From Eledone cirrhosa (Eukaryota): a DNA stretch of 64,000 nucleotides. The position numbers and the translations under genes are program-made. A model generated the notes under the pieces. That model had not been told where the DNA came from, ran no database searches, and saw only the letters and a program-made list of their open reading frames with translations. Location: NCBI GenBank assembly GCA_964016885.1, contig OZ024751.1:41230001-41294000 (forward strand), read 5' to 3'. Positions 26,401-39,986 of the stretch are shown here, piece after piece. The first letter of the stretch is position 1. Every line of letters begins with the position of its first letter.

Positions 26401-28170
26401 TATAGAGTTTATATAGAGTATAGAGTGTATATAGAGAGTATAATATATATATAGAGTATAGAGTATATATAGAGAGTATATATTATATGTTGCAACGTCA
26501 CTGGTGCCAAGCTGTATAGGCCATTGCCTTTCCCTTGGACAACATCATATATAGTGTGTATATAGTGTATAGAGTTTATATAGAGTATAGAGTGTATATA
26601 GAGAGTATAATGTTTATATAGAGTATAGAGTGTATATATATAGAGTATATATTATATGTTGCAACGTCACTGGTGCCAAGCTGTATAGGCCATTGCCTTT
26701 CCCTTGGACAACATCATATATAGTGTGTATATAGTGTATAGAGTTTATATAGAGTATAGAGTGTATATAGAGAGTATAATGTTTATATAGAGTATAGAGT
26801 GTATATATATAGAGTATATATTATATGTTGCAACGTCACTGGTGCCAAGCTGTATAGGCCATTGCCTTTCCCTTGGACAACATCATATATAGTGTGTATA
26901 TAGTGTATAGAGTTTATATAGAGTATAGAGTGTATATAGAGAGTATAATATATATATAGAGTATAGAGTATATATATAGAGTATATATTATATGTTGCAA
27001 CGTCACTGGTGCCAAGCTGTATAGGCCATTGCCTTTCCCTTGGACAACATCATATATAGTGTGTATATAGTGTATAGAGTTTATATAGAGTATAGAGTGT
27101 ATATAGAGAGTATAGTGTATATATAGAGTATAAAGTGTATATATAGAGAGTATATATTATATGTTGCAACGTCACTGGTGCCAAGCTGTATAGGCCATTG
27201 CCTTTCCCTTGGACAACATCATATATAGTGTGTATATAGTGTATAGAGTTTATATAGAGTATAGAGTGTATATAGAGAGTATAGTGTATATATAGAGTAT
27301 AAAGTGTATATATAGAGAGTATATATTATATGTTGCAACGTCACTGGTGCCAAGCTGTATAGGCCATTGCCTTTCCCTTGGACAACATCATATATAGTGT
27401 GTATATAGTGTATAGAGTTTATATAGAGTATAGAGTGTATATAGAGAGTATAGTGTATATATAGAGTATAAAGTGTATATATAGAGAGTATATATTATAT
27501 GTTGCAACGTCACTGGTGCCAAGCTGTATAGGCCATTGCCTTTCCCTTGGACAACATCATATATAGTGTGTATATAGTGTATAGAGTTTATATAGAGTAT
27601 AGAGTGTATATAGAGAGTATAGTGTATATATAGAGTATAAAGTGTATATATAGAGAGTATATATTATATGTTGCAACGTCACTGGTGCCAAGCTGTATAG
27701 GCCATTGCCTTTCCCTTGGACAACATCATATATAGTGTGTATATAGTGTATAGAGTTTATATAGAGTATAGAGTGTATATAGAGAGTATAATATATATAT
27801 AGAGTATAGAGTATATATATATAGAGTATATATTATATGTTGCAACGTCACTGGTGCCAAGCTGTATAGGCCATTGCCTTTCCCTTGGACAACATCATAT
27901 ATAGTGTGTATATAGTGTATAGAGTTTATATAGAGTATAGAGTGTATATAGAGAGTATAGTGTATATATAGAGTATAAAGTGTATATATAGAGAGTATAT
28001 ATTATATGTTGCAACGTCACTGGTGCCAAGCTGTATAGGCCATTGCCTTTCTCTTGGACAACATGAGTGACTGCTGGTCTTCCACAAAAACACCTTGTCG
28101 AGGGTTTTGCTTCAGAAGGGAACTTTCTAGGTACAAAATCATGGTCATTCACGACCGAAGGGGCCTACGA
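23430..28170 (+). repeat. About 4.6-kb satellite (about 27 units of 154-223 bp, mostly about 167 bp) amplified from inside a SINE
   Basis: A constant 58-bp block gttgcaacgtcactggtgccaagctgtataggccattgcctttcccttggacaacat alternates with (tatagag)-type microsatellite; SINE head precedes it and the SINE tail follows it. Confidence 0.9.
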
Positions 28171-28182
28171 TATATATATATA

Positions 28183-28375
28183 TATAACGAAGGAGGTGTG
28201 GTAAGGAACCAGGTGGACCACAACTCACCAGAGTACACAATACTTTGGGTAGTACAGTGGGTAATAGGAAAATGTTCAGGACCCCGACGGCTGAGCTCAA
28301 GCCGTTACGACGGCTATTTCTGGACTGGACCACGTCGAAACGGCTTGAGCTCTGCCGTCGAGATCCTGAACATTT

Positions 28376-28381
<6 letters not shown>
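28183..28381. mobile_element. PLE-like inverted terminus with 3' half of a hammerhead
   Basis: Inverted arms; gtc-GAAA-cggc ttgagctct gccg-TC; homolog at about 39050-39253; CUGANGA is lost at the inversion point. Confidence 0.55.
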
Positions 28382-28429
<48 letters not shown>

Positions 28430-28822
28430 AGAGGTTATATTTAATTTGTTGGGATACAACAAGCAAAATATTTTTGTAACTGATATAAAGCACTCAACAA
28501 ATTATTGGAGTAAATATACAATATATTAACAAATGGAAACTATATTTTTATAAAACCATATTTATTTAATTATACATATTTCAAGGGCCACCAAAGTAAA
28601 CTATGGTGCGCTTTCATCAGATAAAATATATAATCCAGAAGATTCCAACCAGAATGGTTGCATTTTTTAAGGGTATGTCAATATTTATTTATAAAACTAA
28701 CCTATATTATATTTTATCTGATGAAAGCGCACCATAGTTTACTTTGGTGGCCCTTGAAATATGTATAATGAAATAAATATGGTTTTATAAAAGTATAGTT
28801 TCCATTTGTTAATATATTGTAT
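28430..28822. mobile_element. PLE-like terminus (family B) with inverted hammerheads at 28565-28626 (-) and 28712-28773 (+)
   Basis: Homolog of 650-1063; ttttat CTGATGA aagcgcacca...tggtggccctt GAAA tatgtata atgaaa. Confidence 0.75.
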
Positions 28823-28864
28823 ATATATATATATATACATACATACTCACACACATACACACCA

Positions 28865-28964
<100 letters not shown>

Positions 28965-29055
28965 GTACATACATATACATGAGTGAGTGTGTATGTGTGG
29001 GTGTTTACGTATATGAGCTTTAAATGGCGCTGCTGTGCAAGAATATGTGCATTTA

Positions 29056-29131
<76 letters not shown>

Positions 29132-29614
29132 CGCGTTCGTGTGAGTGTATGAGTGTGTTTATATGTGATATATCAAAGATTTACTGCACAGCACAAATAA
29201 GACAAAAAAAGCCAACAACAAAAACCAACCCAAAACACACAAACAACAAAAGAAACAGCAATCTTTCGTAAGTAGAAGTTTTATCAACAAACAGTCTCCA
29301 ATGACGAGCGTAAAGGTTGGTGTTAGTTGAAGAAATGATTTATTATAAGAGCATGGTGGGGGTTGTGTTGGTGGGGTGGGGACGGTGGGGAAGTAGCTAG
29401 TAATGAAATAAAAGGAATAAAAAGTCCAAAATAATATAAAATCGAAGGATATAACTTGAAGCAAGAAAACATTGATTTATCGGAGTTGTCCAGGGTGAAG
29501 TAGATTTATCATTTGGAAATAAATATTATTTAAACAGAAACGCAAACCTTGAAATACAGTTGTGGCACGTAGGGGTTATTTTCAGTAACTGGTGACATAC
29601 AGGTAGTTAGGTAG

Positions 29615-29675
<61 letters not shown>

Positions 29676-29746
29676 AAGGTTGCTTGGATGCGTCCATAGG
29701 CGGTATGCCGGTTGAGCAGAAAGAGGATTTGCTTCGAAATCACTAG

Positions 29747-29839
29747 ACGTATCTGAGGAACTTGCGAATCCAGAGTCAGATTCGATCCACAAACAGATCG
29801 CACCTCGAGCTGTTCGCCGGGGAAACAATTGTAATACGT
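29747..29839 (+). ncRNA. Type I hammerhead ribozyme motif (family F)
   Basis: acgtat-CTGAGGA-..gcgaa...ttcgc..-GAAA-caattg-TA-atacgt; perfect 6-bp stem I, palindromic stem III, followed by aataaa. Confidence 0.8.
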
Positions 29840-30284
29840 AATAAATTGTGTTCCGATACATCACTGATTCTTCGTTTTCCATATTATATATATATGAGAG
29901 TATTGAAGTTTGCTTGAAGCATTGTGGAATAATAAAGTAAATTTCTTTAAGTCGTTTGGAAGCCTCGACAATGCAAATGGGTAAATCTCCCGGTAACAAG
30001 ATCCGGTGGTGGAGAGAGAGATGTAAGTGGGTGTACGTTGAGATGCGTGGCGTGTATAAGACGTATAGAGGAATGAAGGAAAGAGCATAAAGGATAAAAT
30101 AAAATAACAACACGAGAGAGAGTTACCTTGGGAGAGATTTAATTGTCCCTATATATTTCGGATTCACATCCATCAACTGGGGTTTTTTTTCCGGGGTGGG
30201 GGAAGGGTTTTCTGTCGGAAAGGTGTGAAACGCGTCCTCCACTGTTCGTTGTTAGGTAATGGAATTGTGTTGTTTATATATATA

Positions 30285-30810
30285 TCATCATCATCATCAT
30301 TTTACGTCCGCTTTTCCCTGCTTGCAAGGGTGGGACGGATCTTATTCAGCACAGCATCTCTCCACTCGTCACAGTCCTTCGTCATCTCCACCGTAAGCTT
30401 CAATGATCTGAGGTCTGTTCTCACCACCTCCTCCCATGTTTTTCGTGGTCTACCTCTACCACGTCTTCCTTCAACTGGCATTTCCTGGCACTTCTTCACC
30501 CATCGGTCATCCTCCATGCGCATCACATGTCCATACCACCTCAGCCTCCTCTCCCGTACACTACATTCTATCCCTCTCAGACACAGTTTCTCTCTCAACA
30601 CACCCATGCTGGGTCGTTCACACACATTTACACTGCACATCCAAAGGAGCATGCTTGCCTCATTTCTCTCCAGCCGTCACATATCCTCTGCAGTCGCTGC
30701 CCATGTCTCACTACCATGCAGCATCGCGCTCCTCACACAGGCATCATACAACCGGCCTTTCGTACGTAGGGAGAAACCCTTCTTCGTCAACAGAGGAAGC
30801 AGCTCCCTAA
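30285..30810 (-). mobile_element. RTE-clade LINE 3' fragment
   Basis: RRLRWYGHVMRM...RGRPRKTW motif; ends ...gcggacgtaaaa(tga)n. Confidence 0.9.
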
Positions 30811-31663
30811 ACTATATATATATATATTTGTTTTGCAAGGTTTTTGATAAGAAATTGCGTGTCGAAACAAATATTGTTATACTTGGGGACGGTCATATTG
30901 TTGTAATAATATTGCCAGAAATAATAACAGAACACACTCACTGATATTGATTGCCAAATAAATTAACCATTGAGATATAAAAGATACAGAAGCGAAAACC
31001 AACCAAACAGTGAGTGTGTTCTGTTATTATTTCTGACAATATTAATACAATAATATGACCCTCCCCAAGTATATATATATTCATATTTTTAAGGCTAATT
31101 AATAACTCTTCTTACTCTGGAGTTTCGTCTGTTTACCACAGGGTCATCAAACCCTGGACTGATATATTTTGTAAAAACATCGAAAAGATGAACGGTAAAG
31201 TTGACCTCGGGGGGATTTGAATATAGCGACGGTGTTAGAATATTTTCGTATAAGGTTTTTGCTTAATTTTCCCACACGCTTAACATTTGGTTATCAATGA
31301 GTCATTATATATATTTCTTTGTCAAATTTTACTCCGTAACCAACGCCACTAGTTAGGGATTTGGATTCGCAGTCGTGAGGTTGCGAGTTCGATTCTCGGA
31401 TTCGGTGATGTGTTATGTCTTTGAGTAAGACACTTTATTTCACGTTGCTCTTTTTGCCAGGAGTTGCGACCGGTGTCAGCAATGAAAAGACCAATGGAAA
31501 CCTTACGGAATCAATAAAATAAAGTATCAGTAATGAACGGGGGTCGATTTAATCGACTTTCCCCTTCTCAAAATTGTTGACCTCATGCCTAAATCAGAAA
31601 CAATTATTACTGGTATAATCGTTAAAGCGTCGGACAGAAGACGTTGCAGTATATGGCTACACC

Positions 31664-32643
31664 CAGTGGCGGACTGGCCAGGTTGCCCAATGGCAAGTGG
31701 GCCCCAGGAAGCCCACGGTAGCATTGCAAGAGCCCACAGTAGTATTGTAGGCCCCACTGTAGTATTTTCGGGGCCAATGCTTTGCTTTCAAAAAATACCT
31801 GAAATCTAAGAGAAAGAATAAATTTTTTTTTTAAATAAAAAAAACAATTAAGCAAACCATTTGGTCAACCAAGGAGGGGGAGAAATGAGGTGCAACAGAA
31901 ATGAAACATAGATTACTGGTTAAAGTATAGTCTAGATGTGAAACAAAACGAGGATGTAGTTTATAGAACACCCAAATGATTTAGAAGTCGACCTTAAGTA
32001 GGAGCAATAAAATTAAGAAAGACATGAACGACACCACAACACTTTCTTTTGAAAATTTTGAAAGTAGGTTTATAAGTATGAATTTTCATAAAGTTTTCGT
32101 AATTGTCTCTGTGGCCTAGTGGTAAGTACTAGAGACGGTGGAGATCCTGGTCAAGAGATACATGTAAACTTTTTCAGTTTTTATTTTACAACCAATAGAA
32201 AAAAACTGAAAAGTTTACCGGGAACCCTACTCCCGACCAGGATTTCACTTCAGACCTGGGTCACCACTGTCTATGACTCCTCCAACTAGGCCACCGGGAC
32301 AGCTACAAAATTATACTAAAAATTGATAATTATAAACCTACTTTCAAAATCAAAGTTAAAAAGATATGGTGTCGTTCATGGCTTTCCTAGAGCTATTAGT
32401 CATATTTAGGGTCAACTTCTGGTCATTACTGAAAGTCTCTGGATTTCGCGAAATACATAATATTTTTTATTGGCGAAGGTAAGATATTTTCCCGCAAAAA
32501 TTTGATTGCACTGTTTTGTTTCCACTTATGTATTTTTCGAAAATGTTATTTATTCATTATAAAAATTAAATTATAGCATTCTATATGTAGGTGGGCCCCC
32601 TTCATCTCCTGGTAACCAATATTTTTAGACCCAGTCTGCCCTA
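31664..32643. mobile_element. Non-autonomous DNA transposon (hAT-like TIRs) with large internal palindrome
   Basis: Termini cagtggcggactgg...ccagtctgccct; subterminal gggcccc motifs; imperfect inverted repeat at about 31980-32420. Confidence 0.55.
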
Positions 32644-33041
32644 TGCGTTTTGAATTTAAATCGCGCTGAGTTCAACTTTGTCTTTCATCCTTCTTGGTCT
32701 ATTTAATCGACTTTCCCCTTCCCTTCCAAATTGTTGGCATTGTGCCTAAATAAGAAACCAAGGCAGGATTTGAACTCAGACCGCAAAGAAACGTAACAGC
32801 AAAGAGTTACGTCCCTTTGCGGTCTGAGTTCATATCCTGCCGAGGTTAACTTTGCCTTTCATCCTAACAGGGTCGATAAAATAAAGTACCAGTAATGCAC
32901 TGGAATAATTGCTGGCCTTGTGTTAAAAGTAGAAACCATTGTTTAACACCAATTGTCACACACTGTTATCAAAATGTTGCCAGTCTACCGTCAACTTACT
33001 TCAATGATCTCTAAATATTTATCATTTACTGTGTGTTCTAG

Positions 33042-33134
33042 AAAACGACCCTGTTGAAATTGCCTATACTGCTCAACATGGTATTGTTGTAAACCAAAAT
33101 TTACCATATGTGTCCCCGAAAGAAATGATGAAAG
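33042..33134 (+). CDS. D8C-domain membrane protein, linker exon (QNDPVEIAYTAQHGIVVNQNLPYVSPKEMMK)
   Basis: ttctag acceptor, aag|gtaagc donor, 93 nt phase 1-1, open frame. Confidence 0.75.
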
Positions 33135-33181
33135 GTAAGCAGAATATCTACACGTTTCTTGTAATATATATATCTATCTAT

Positions 33182-33590
33182 CTAGGGCGGGTAAAATTCC
33201 CGAGATCCATGGATGAGTTCTCTCCAGCGGTCTCTGTCCCTCATCATCTCTGCCATGTCCTGCGACTCCAAGAGACCAGTGTCTGTCCTTAGGGCATCAA
33301 CATATGTCAACCTTAGTCTTCCTCTTCCAGTGTGTCCATGCAGGGGCCCCCACAGGAGCACTGAGTGTAGTGTCAACTCTGGATGTCGGTGAGCATGTCC
33401 AGCTAACCTCAGTCTCCTCTGTGCTACTTTTGAGTTGACTTTTGGGAGGCTCCCATACAGCTCTGAGTTCTTCAACCTCAGTGTATACTGATTTATGTTC
33501 AGAGCCATTCTAAACATTCTCGTGTAGCACCCATCCACCATCTGAGTGAGTTTCTTGGTCAGTGTCCAAGTCTCAGACCCGTACAGCATA
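33182..33590 (-). mobile_element. RTE-like LINE 3' fragment
   Basis: LYGSETWTL...QRRLRLAGHAHR...GRGR...RDRW motif. Confidence 0.85.
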
Positions 33591-33957
33591 TATATATCAT
33601 CATCATCATCATCATCATCATCGTTTAACGTCCATGTTCCACGCTTGCATGGGTTTGGACGGTAAACGATGATGATGATGATGATGATGATATATATATG
33701 CTGTACGGGTCTGAGACTTGGACACTGACCAAGAATATATATATATACATATATATATATATACATATATATAAATATACATATATATATACCACCACCA
33801 GTAAATCGAAATATTCTAACCGCAAATGGCAGTTTGGTTCAAGATACAGATATTTTAAGATTCTGCATAAATATATAGAATATTGATAATTTAAAAATAC
33901 TTAAAATACTTTGAAATGTAGATTTTAAAAAAATGTTTTTATTCATGGTGTTTCGCC

Positions 33958-35385
33958 TTAGGGTGGGAGATTGGCAGTATCGGAAGAGGGTCGGACGCCA
34001 TGTTAGGGTGGGAGATTGGCAGTATCGGAAGAGGGTCGGACGCCATGTTAGGGTGGGAGATTGGCAGTATCGGAAGAGGGTCGGACGCCATGTTAAGGTG
34101 GTGGATTGGCAGTATCGGTAGAGGGTGGACGCCATGTTAGGGTGGGAGATTGGCAGTATCGGAAGAGGGTCGGACGCCATGTTAAGGTGGTCGATTGGCA
34201 GTATCGGTAGAGGGTGGACGCCATGTTAGGGTGAGAGATTGGCAGTATCGGAAGAGGGTCGGACGCCATGTTAGGGTGGGAGATTGGCAGTATCGGTAGA
34301 GGGTGGACGCCATGTTAGGGTGGGAGATTGGCAGTATCGGAAGAGGGTCGGACGCCATGTTAAGGTGGGAGATTGGCAGTATCGGAAGAGGGTCGGACGC
34401 CATGTTAGGGTGGGAGATTGGCAGTATCGGTAGAGGGTGGACGCCATGTTAGGGTGGGAGATTGGCAGTATCGGTAGAGGGTGGACGCCATGTTAGGGTG
34501 GGAGATTGGCAGTATCGGAAGAGGGTCGGACGCCATGTTAAGGTGGGAGATTGGCAGTATCGGTAGAGGGTCGGACGCCATGTTAGTGTGGTGGATTGGC
34601 AGTATCGGAAGAGGGTCGGACGCCATGTTAGTGTGGTGGATTGGCAGTATCGGAAGAGGGTCGGACGCCATGTTAGTGTGGTGGATTGGCAGTATCGGAA
34701 GAGGGTCGGACGCCATGTTAAGGTGGGAGATTGGCAGTATCGGAAGAGGGTCGGACGCCATGTTAGTGTGGTGGATTGGCAGTATCGGAAGAGGGTCGGA
34801 CGCCATGTTAGTGTGGTGGATTGGCAGTATCGGAAGAGGGTCGGACGTCATGTTAGGGTGGGAGATTGGCAGTATCGGAAGAGGGTCGGACGCCATGTTA
34901 GGGTGGGAGATTGGCAGTATCGGAAGAGGGTCGGACGCCATGTTAGGGTGGGAGATTGGCAGTATCGGAAGAGGGTCGGACGCCATGTTAGTGTGGTGGA
35001 TGTGCAGTATCGGAAGAGGGTCGGACGCCATGTTAGTGTGGTGGATGTGCAGTATCGGAAGAGGGTCGGACGTCATGTTAGGGTGGGAGATTGGCAGTAT
35101 CGGAAGAGGGTCGGACGCCATGTTAAGGTGGTGGATTGGCAGTATCGGAAGAGGGTCGGACGCCATGTTAGGGTGGGAGATTGGCAGTATCGGAAGAGGG
35201 TCGGACGCCATGTTAGGGTGGGAAATTGGCAGTATCGGAAGAGGGTCGGACGCCATGTTAGTGTGGTGGATTGGCAGTATCGGAAGAGGGTCGGACGTCA
35301 TGTTAGGGTGGGAGATTGGCAGTATCGGAAGAGGGTCGGACGCCATGTTAGGGTGGGAGATTGGCAGTATCGGTAGAGGGTCGGA
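33958..35385 (+). repeat. 45-bp minisatellite (about 32 copies) derived from the 5' head of the adjacent SINE
   Basis: Unit gggtgggagattggcagtatcggaagagggtcggacgccatgtta corresponds to the SINE 5' end and runs directly into the SINE body at about 35385-35575. Confidence 0.92.
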
Positions 35386-35591
35386 CGACGCCATGCTTTG
35401 CAGCATAGAGTTACGGCCCTTTATGATCTGAGTCCAGATCCCACCGAGGTTAACTTTATCTTTCATCCTTACGGGGTTGATAAAATAAAGTACCAGTAAT
35501 GTACTGAGGTCGATTTAATTGACTTTCACCTCTCTCCAAAATTGCTGGCCTTGTGCTTATATAAGAAACCATTATTGCTGTTTCTCCATAA

Positions 35592-35806
35592 CTCTTTAGC
35601 ATTTACATTATTCTATATTTACTATTGTATTTTCATGATAAACAATTTTACATAATTATCTCACATAATATGGAATATGAGATTTTGATGTTATTTATTT
35701 CGAGAACAATGTCTTAATATATGTATCAATGGCCAGTTTCAGCCAGTTTGAACAGAATGAGGTGAGACAGTTCTGGCTGGATATGGCCAGTTTAAATGCT
35801 AAAGGG
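35592..35806. mobile_element. piggyBac-type MITE
   Basis: TIR ctctttagcattta...taaatgctaaaggg, flanked by ataa/ttaa. Confidence 0.75.
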
Positions 35807-35846
35807 TTAAAGAAATAAACTAACCAATGTTCTTTTTTTATTGCAG

Positions 35847-36170
35847 AGCAAACAACTTTAGAGACGTCATTTATAAGTTCTGCAGCTTCAACTGTTGCAC
35901 CAGTTGCAATTACTGATATCCCAGCTCAAAATTTGGTCACTGTAAATGGATATGCGACAACAGATGTCCAAGCTGTTAAAACAAAGAACGGAACTAGTGA
36001 TCATATTAAGAATGCCACAGTGAGTGAAGACAAAAACCTAAAGACCAAACTTCATGTGACAGCAACGACCGTAGTGAGAAAAACCACGGTGCCAACCACA
36101 GTAAAAACCACAACAGAAAATGAAGAAAAAGATCTGTTACTTTTTGGCAGTGGAGAAGAAAAACAAAAGG
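35847..36170 (+). CDS. D8C-domain membrane protein, Thr-rich mucin-like stalk exon
   Basis: ttgcag acceptor; EQTTLETSF...TTVPTTVKTTTENEEKDLLLFGSGEEKQK; 324 nt, phase 1-1. Confidence 0.85.
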
Positions 36171-36840
36171 GTATTTATTATTGAATCTTTCAAAGTGAAT
36201 CTATCAATTATTCATGTAAGTAGAGACAACAGCAGGAAATAAGTGTTATCTAAAGAAACAGGGGTGACATTTTCAAGATTTAGAGAGAGAAACAGTTGGT
36301 ATATGAACCACATGTAGAGATAATATATATATATATATATATAAAGATCGGAATTAAGAGTATTCCGCAGTTCACTGTAATAATAATAATAATAATAGTA
36401 TTAGCTCAAAGAAGAATAGAGAATTTCCTTCTGAGCTCAAATGCAAGTATAGATCCGTGTGAACTGATACTGCACATATAAGTGGTGAAACGAAGCTAGA
36501 TTCGTATCAGCAAAATATGGTTATAAGGTTTGTAATTTAAAACTCTAATCCAGAGATTTGATTCTGAATTGGTTTTTTCTATTTAATTGCTAACCTGTAG
36601 ATATTGTTCCCTATACAGTAACGGTAAAATCACTTGTAATAATTCTTTGCACACATCTCGCTGTGTAACACACTTCTCTTTGTGTAATATATACTTATAT
36701 ATATATATATATATATATCGACAGTCGATCGGCTTTTGTTAAATCGGACCGAGGAAACAATATTTCCGTTGGTCTTTCCAATTGCTAATACTATCTATTG
36801 GTCGTAACTCCAGGTAGAAGCAACAATGTGAAATAAAGTG

Positions 36841-36873
<33 letters not shown>

Positions 36874-37385
36874 AAATGAACCCCATATCTTCCTCATTGC
36901 GACCGATGGAAACTTCTTTTTCCGTCTTTTAAGGGTTTTCCCCTTATTCTATAAGCTATTTTTGTAGCAATTTTTTATGCTTGAGCACATCATCCTTTAT
37001 ACTTATATATATCCAGTAGGCATCTCTAACAAAATACACCCCGTCCCACCACCACCACCCCCACCCCCATCCACACCACCCCGTTCTATGTAAAGTTATG
37101 TTGGTGCCGCGCCATCGAGGCCAAAACAAATGAGATCGTGTAGGTGTCACGACAAAAAAACACACAGTCCACGCTGTAATGTGGCCGTGTAGGCAACACG
37201 GTAAAAACCTCCCAGACCCACACTGTAAATGTGGTTGGTGTTAGGAAGGGCATCCAACTGTAGAAAACCTGCCAGACAGTCCTATGCGAGCAAGACAATC
37301 ACTCTTGCCTCAAGTGGGACTACCCCCGTCCAAACCCATGCAAGCGTGGAACACGGACGTTAAACGTTGATGATGATGATGATGA

Positions 37386-37420
<35 letters not shown>

Positions 37421-37852
37421 ATTTATGTTCATATAAGGAACATGCGCTTTTGTTAAAAAAAATTCAGATTGCTGAAGCTCACGGAGGAGATGACAAAGGA
37501 CCGTGACAAATGGAGAGATGCTATGCTTAATAAATGGAGAGATAAGATGCTATGTTTAATAAGCAGGGAAAAGCGGATGTAAAATGTTGATGATGATGAT
37601 TTGTATGTATATTATCTCTATATGTGGTTCAAATACCAATATATAATATATATAATATACATAATATATAGGTAACAAAATAACACACTTCTGGTTTTTT
37701 AAATTCTTATTTCATATTTTGATCAAACTGCCAAAAATTTCCACTTTTGTAGAGTTAAGACTTCACAAGCTCTAGGTTTTGGTTTTATATAAAAATTACG
37801 GTTATTTTAATGCAATTGTTGATGATAAGGTGTTTTTTTTTTATATATATAG

Positions 37853-37947
37853 AATGGAACAAAAAATATTTCAAGGAAACATCAACAGTTGTAACACCGC
37901 TTATAACTGCTTTTGAGAAGACAACACCACCGAATCAGACAGTTACG
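37853..37947 (+). CDS. D8C-domain membrane protein, stalk exon (EWNKKYFKETSTVVTPLITAFEKTTPPNQTVT)
   Basis: tag acceptor and gtaata donor; phase 1-0 exactly bridges 36170 and 40802. Confidence 0.75.
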
Positions 37948-38633
37948 GTAATATAACTTCATCTTATACTCCTGACTCCTGTATAAATATATAGATATAT
38001 AGATATATATGTATGTGAGTGTGTGTGTGTGTGTATAAATATGTGTGGATATATATGTATATATATGGTCAGGTGGTTGGCGACTAAACTGGCAACCCCG
38101 CCAAGGTTTCTTGGTGAGGAGAGTGTCTTTGGACATCCTGCAGGACTAAAAACAAAACCTGTCAAAAGGCAAAGGGGCTCCTAAGAGTCAATGGCCATAC
38201 AAAATCACCGGGAGAGATGACCCCTTAGCCTTTGTCAAGGCAGAATTCTAGGAGAAGGAAAACTCTGATATAACACTTGCAACCCTGATGGTATTCAATG
38301 ATGTTGACTTGTTCTTCTTTTTGGTAAATATCATCTTGGTTAAGAGAGTGGGACTGGCTTTGTGCAGTGCCTTTGCTCACTATAAAAGCTTCACAGCACA
38401 GGCATTGCTTTATATCTGGAGATCTCTGCACTTTTCGTCACATGGTACCATGGGCCCAGTACTATGTGTCAATAATTGTCACAAGTGTAGTGTTTGTACC
38501 AGTTTTCAAGTCGCTGGCTGGACTAAAAAGTCACACTCGTTCAGCGCATCTGTAGGGGTTCTCCTACATGGATATAAAGTAGTGGCCGTACTCGAAAACG
38601 AGTTGGCAGCCACCACCATATATATATATACAC

Positions 38634-38664
<31 letters not shown>

Positions 38665-38905
38665 GATATATAGATATATATATACATATATATATATATT
38701 TATATATATGTATATAGACACACACACACATATATATATATATGTATGTATATATATATGTGTGTATATATACATGTATATATATATGTGTATATATATA
38801 TGTATGTATATATACACATATATATATACATATATATATATTTATATAGATGTATATATACATATATATATATACATATATATATATAGATGTATATATA
38901 CATAC

Positions 38906-38940
<35 letters not shown>

Positions 38941-39579
38941 CATACATATATATATACATATATATATATATATAGATGTGTATATACATACATATATACA
39001 TATATTTATATATATATATACACACACATATATATATATATATATACATATAACGAAGGAAATGTGGTAAGGAACCAGGTGGACCATAACGCACCAAAGT
39101 ACTCAATACTTGAGGTAGTAGAGTGGGTAATAGGAACCAGTAAGACCCCAACAGCTGAGCTCAAGCCGTTTCGACGGCTAATTCTGGACTAATTCTCCAG
39201 AATTAGCCGTCGAAACGGCTTGAGCTCAGCTGTTGGGGTCTTACTGGTTCCTATATATACATATATATAATTTCAAATTCTTTTAAATTATCTATTTTCT
39301 TCCAACGGCTTTTTAACTTCTCTCTGTGAGACTATATATTTTTCTCAGTTGTAAAGGCTATCTCTCTCTCTCTATTACCCATCTATCCTCCTCTCTCATC
39401 CTTCCTTCTGATACCCCTCCCCCACCATTCTCTACTCTCATCTCCTCCTCTTTCTTACATTTTCCAACCCCCCTCACTTTTTCCCAATATCACACATCAA
39501 TCTTAAATTATTTTTCATATGTTGATTTAAAACTTCACTATTCACAAGTGTTTTTTAACCGTCATATCATGTATCCCTA

Positions 39580-39646
39580 TTTTATCTGATGAAAACGCAG
39601 ATATCATCTCATGATAATATTTGTTTTCGAAATGCACATAATAAAA
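39580..39646 (+). ncRNA. Type I hammerhead ribozyme motif (family B variant)
   Basis: ttttat CTGATGA aaac...gtttt c GAAA tg ca ca TA ataaaa; stem III shows an A-U to G-C compensatory change relative to 956-1017. Confidence 0.65.
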
Positions 39647-39770
39647 TACTTGGAACTCTTTTAACCATCTTTTGATCTTATATTATTTATACTCCAGTCC
39701 AACAAATTCTAGAGTGCTACTTATCCGATATTTGCATTGCTTTATTGTGCTACAATAAAACTCACCTCCT

Positions 39771-39978
<208 letters not shown>

Positions 39979-39986
39979 ATATATAT

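Noticed and set aside
23505-28065. CRISPR-like look: constant 58-bp repeat with intervening spacers
   Set aside because: The spacers are near-identical TA/GA microsatellite, there are no cas genes, the context is eukaryotic and the repeat is an internal SINE segment
34405-35466. Long ORFs (353, 316 and 262 aa) with 15-aa repeats
   Set aside because: By-product of a stop-free 45-bp minisatellite that is open on both strands
36460-36512. Degenerate hammerhead remnants (also at about 8500-8605, 11495-11600, 20390-20405 and 30145-30240)
   Set aside because: Only the GAAA-stem III-UH half or a damaged core is present, so they are not callable as ribozymes
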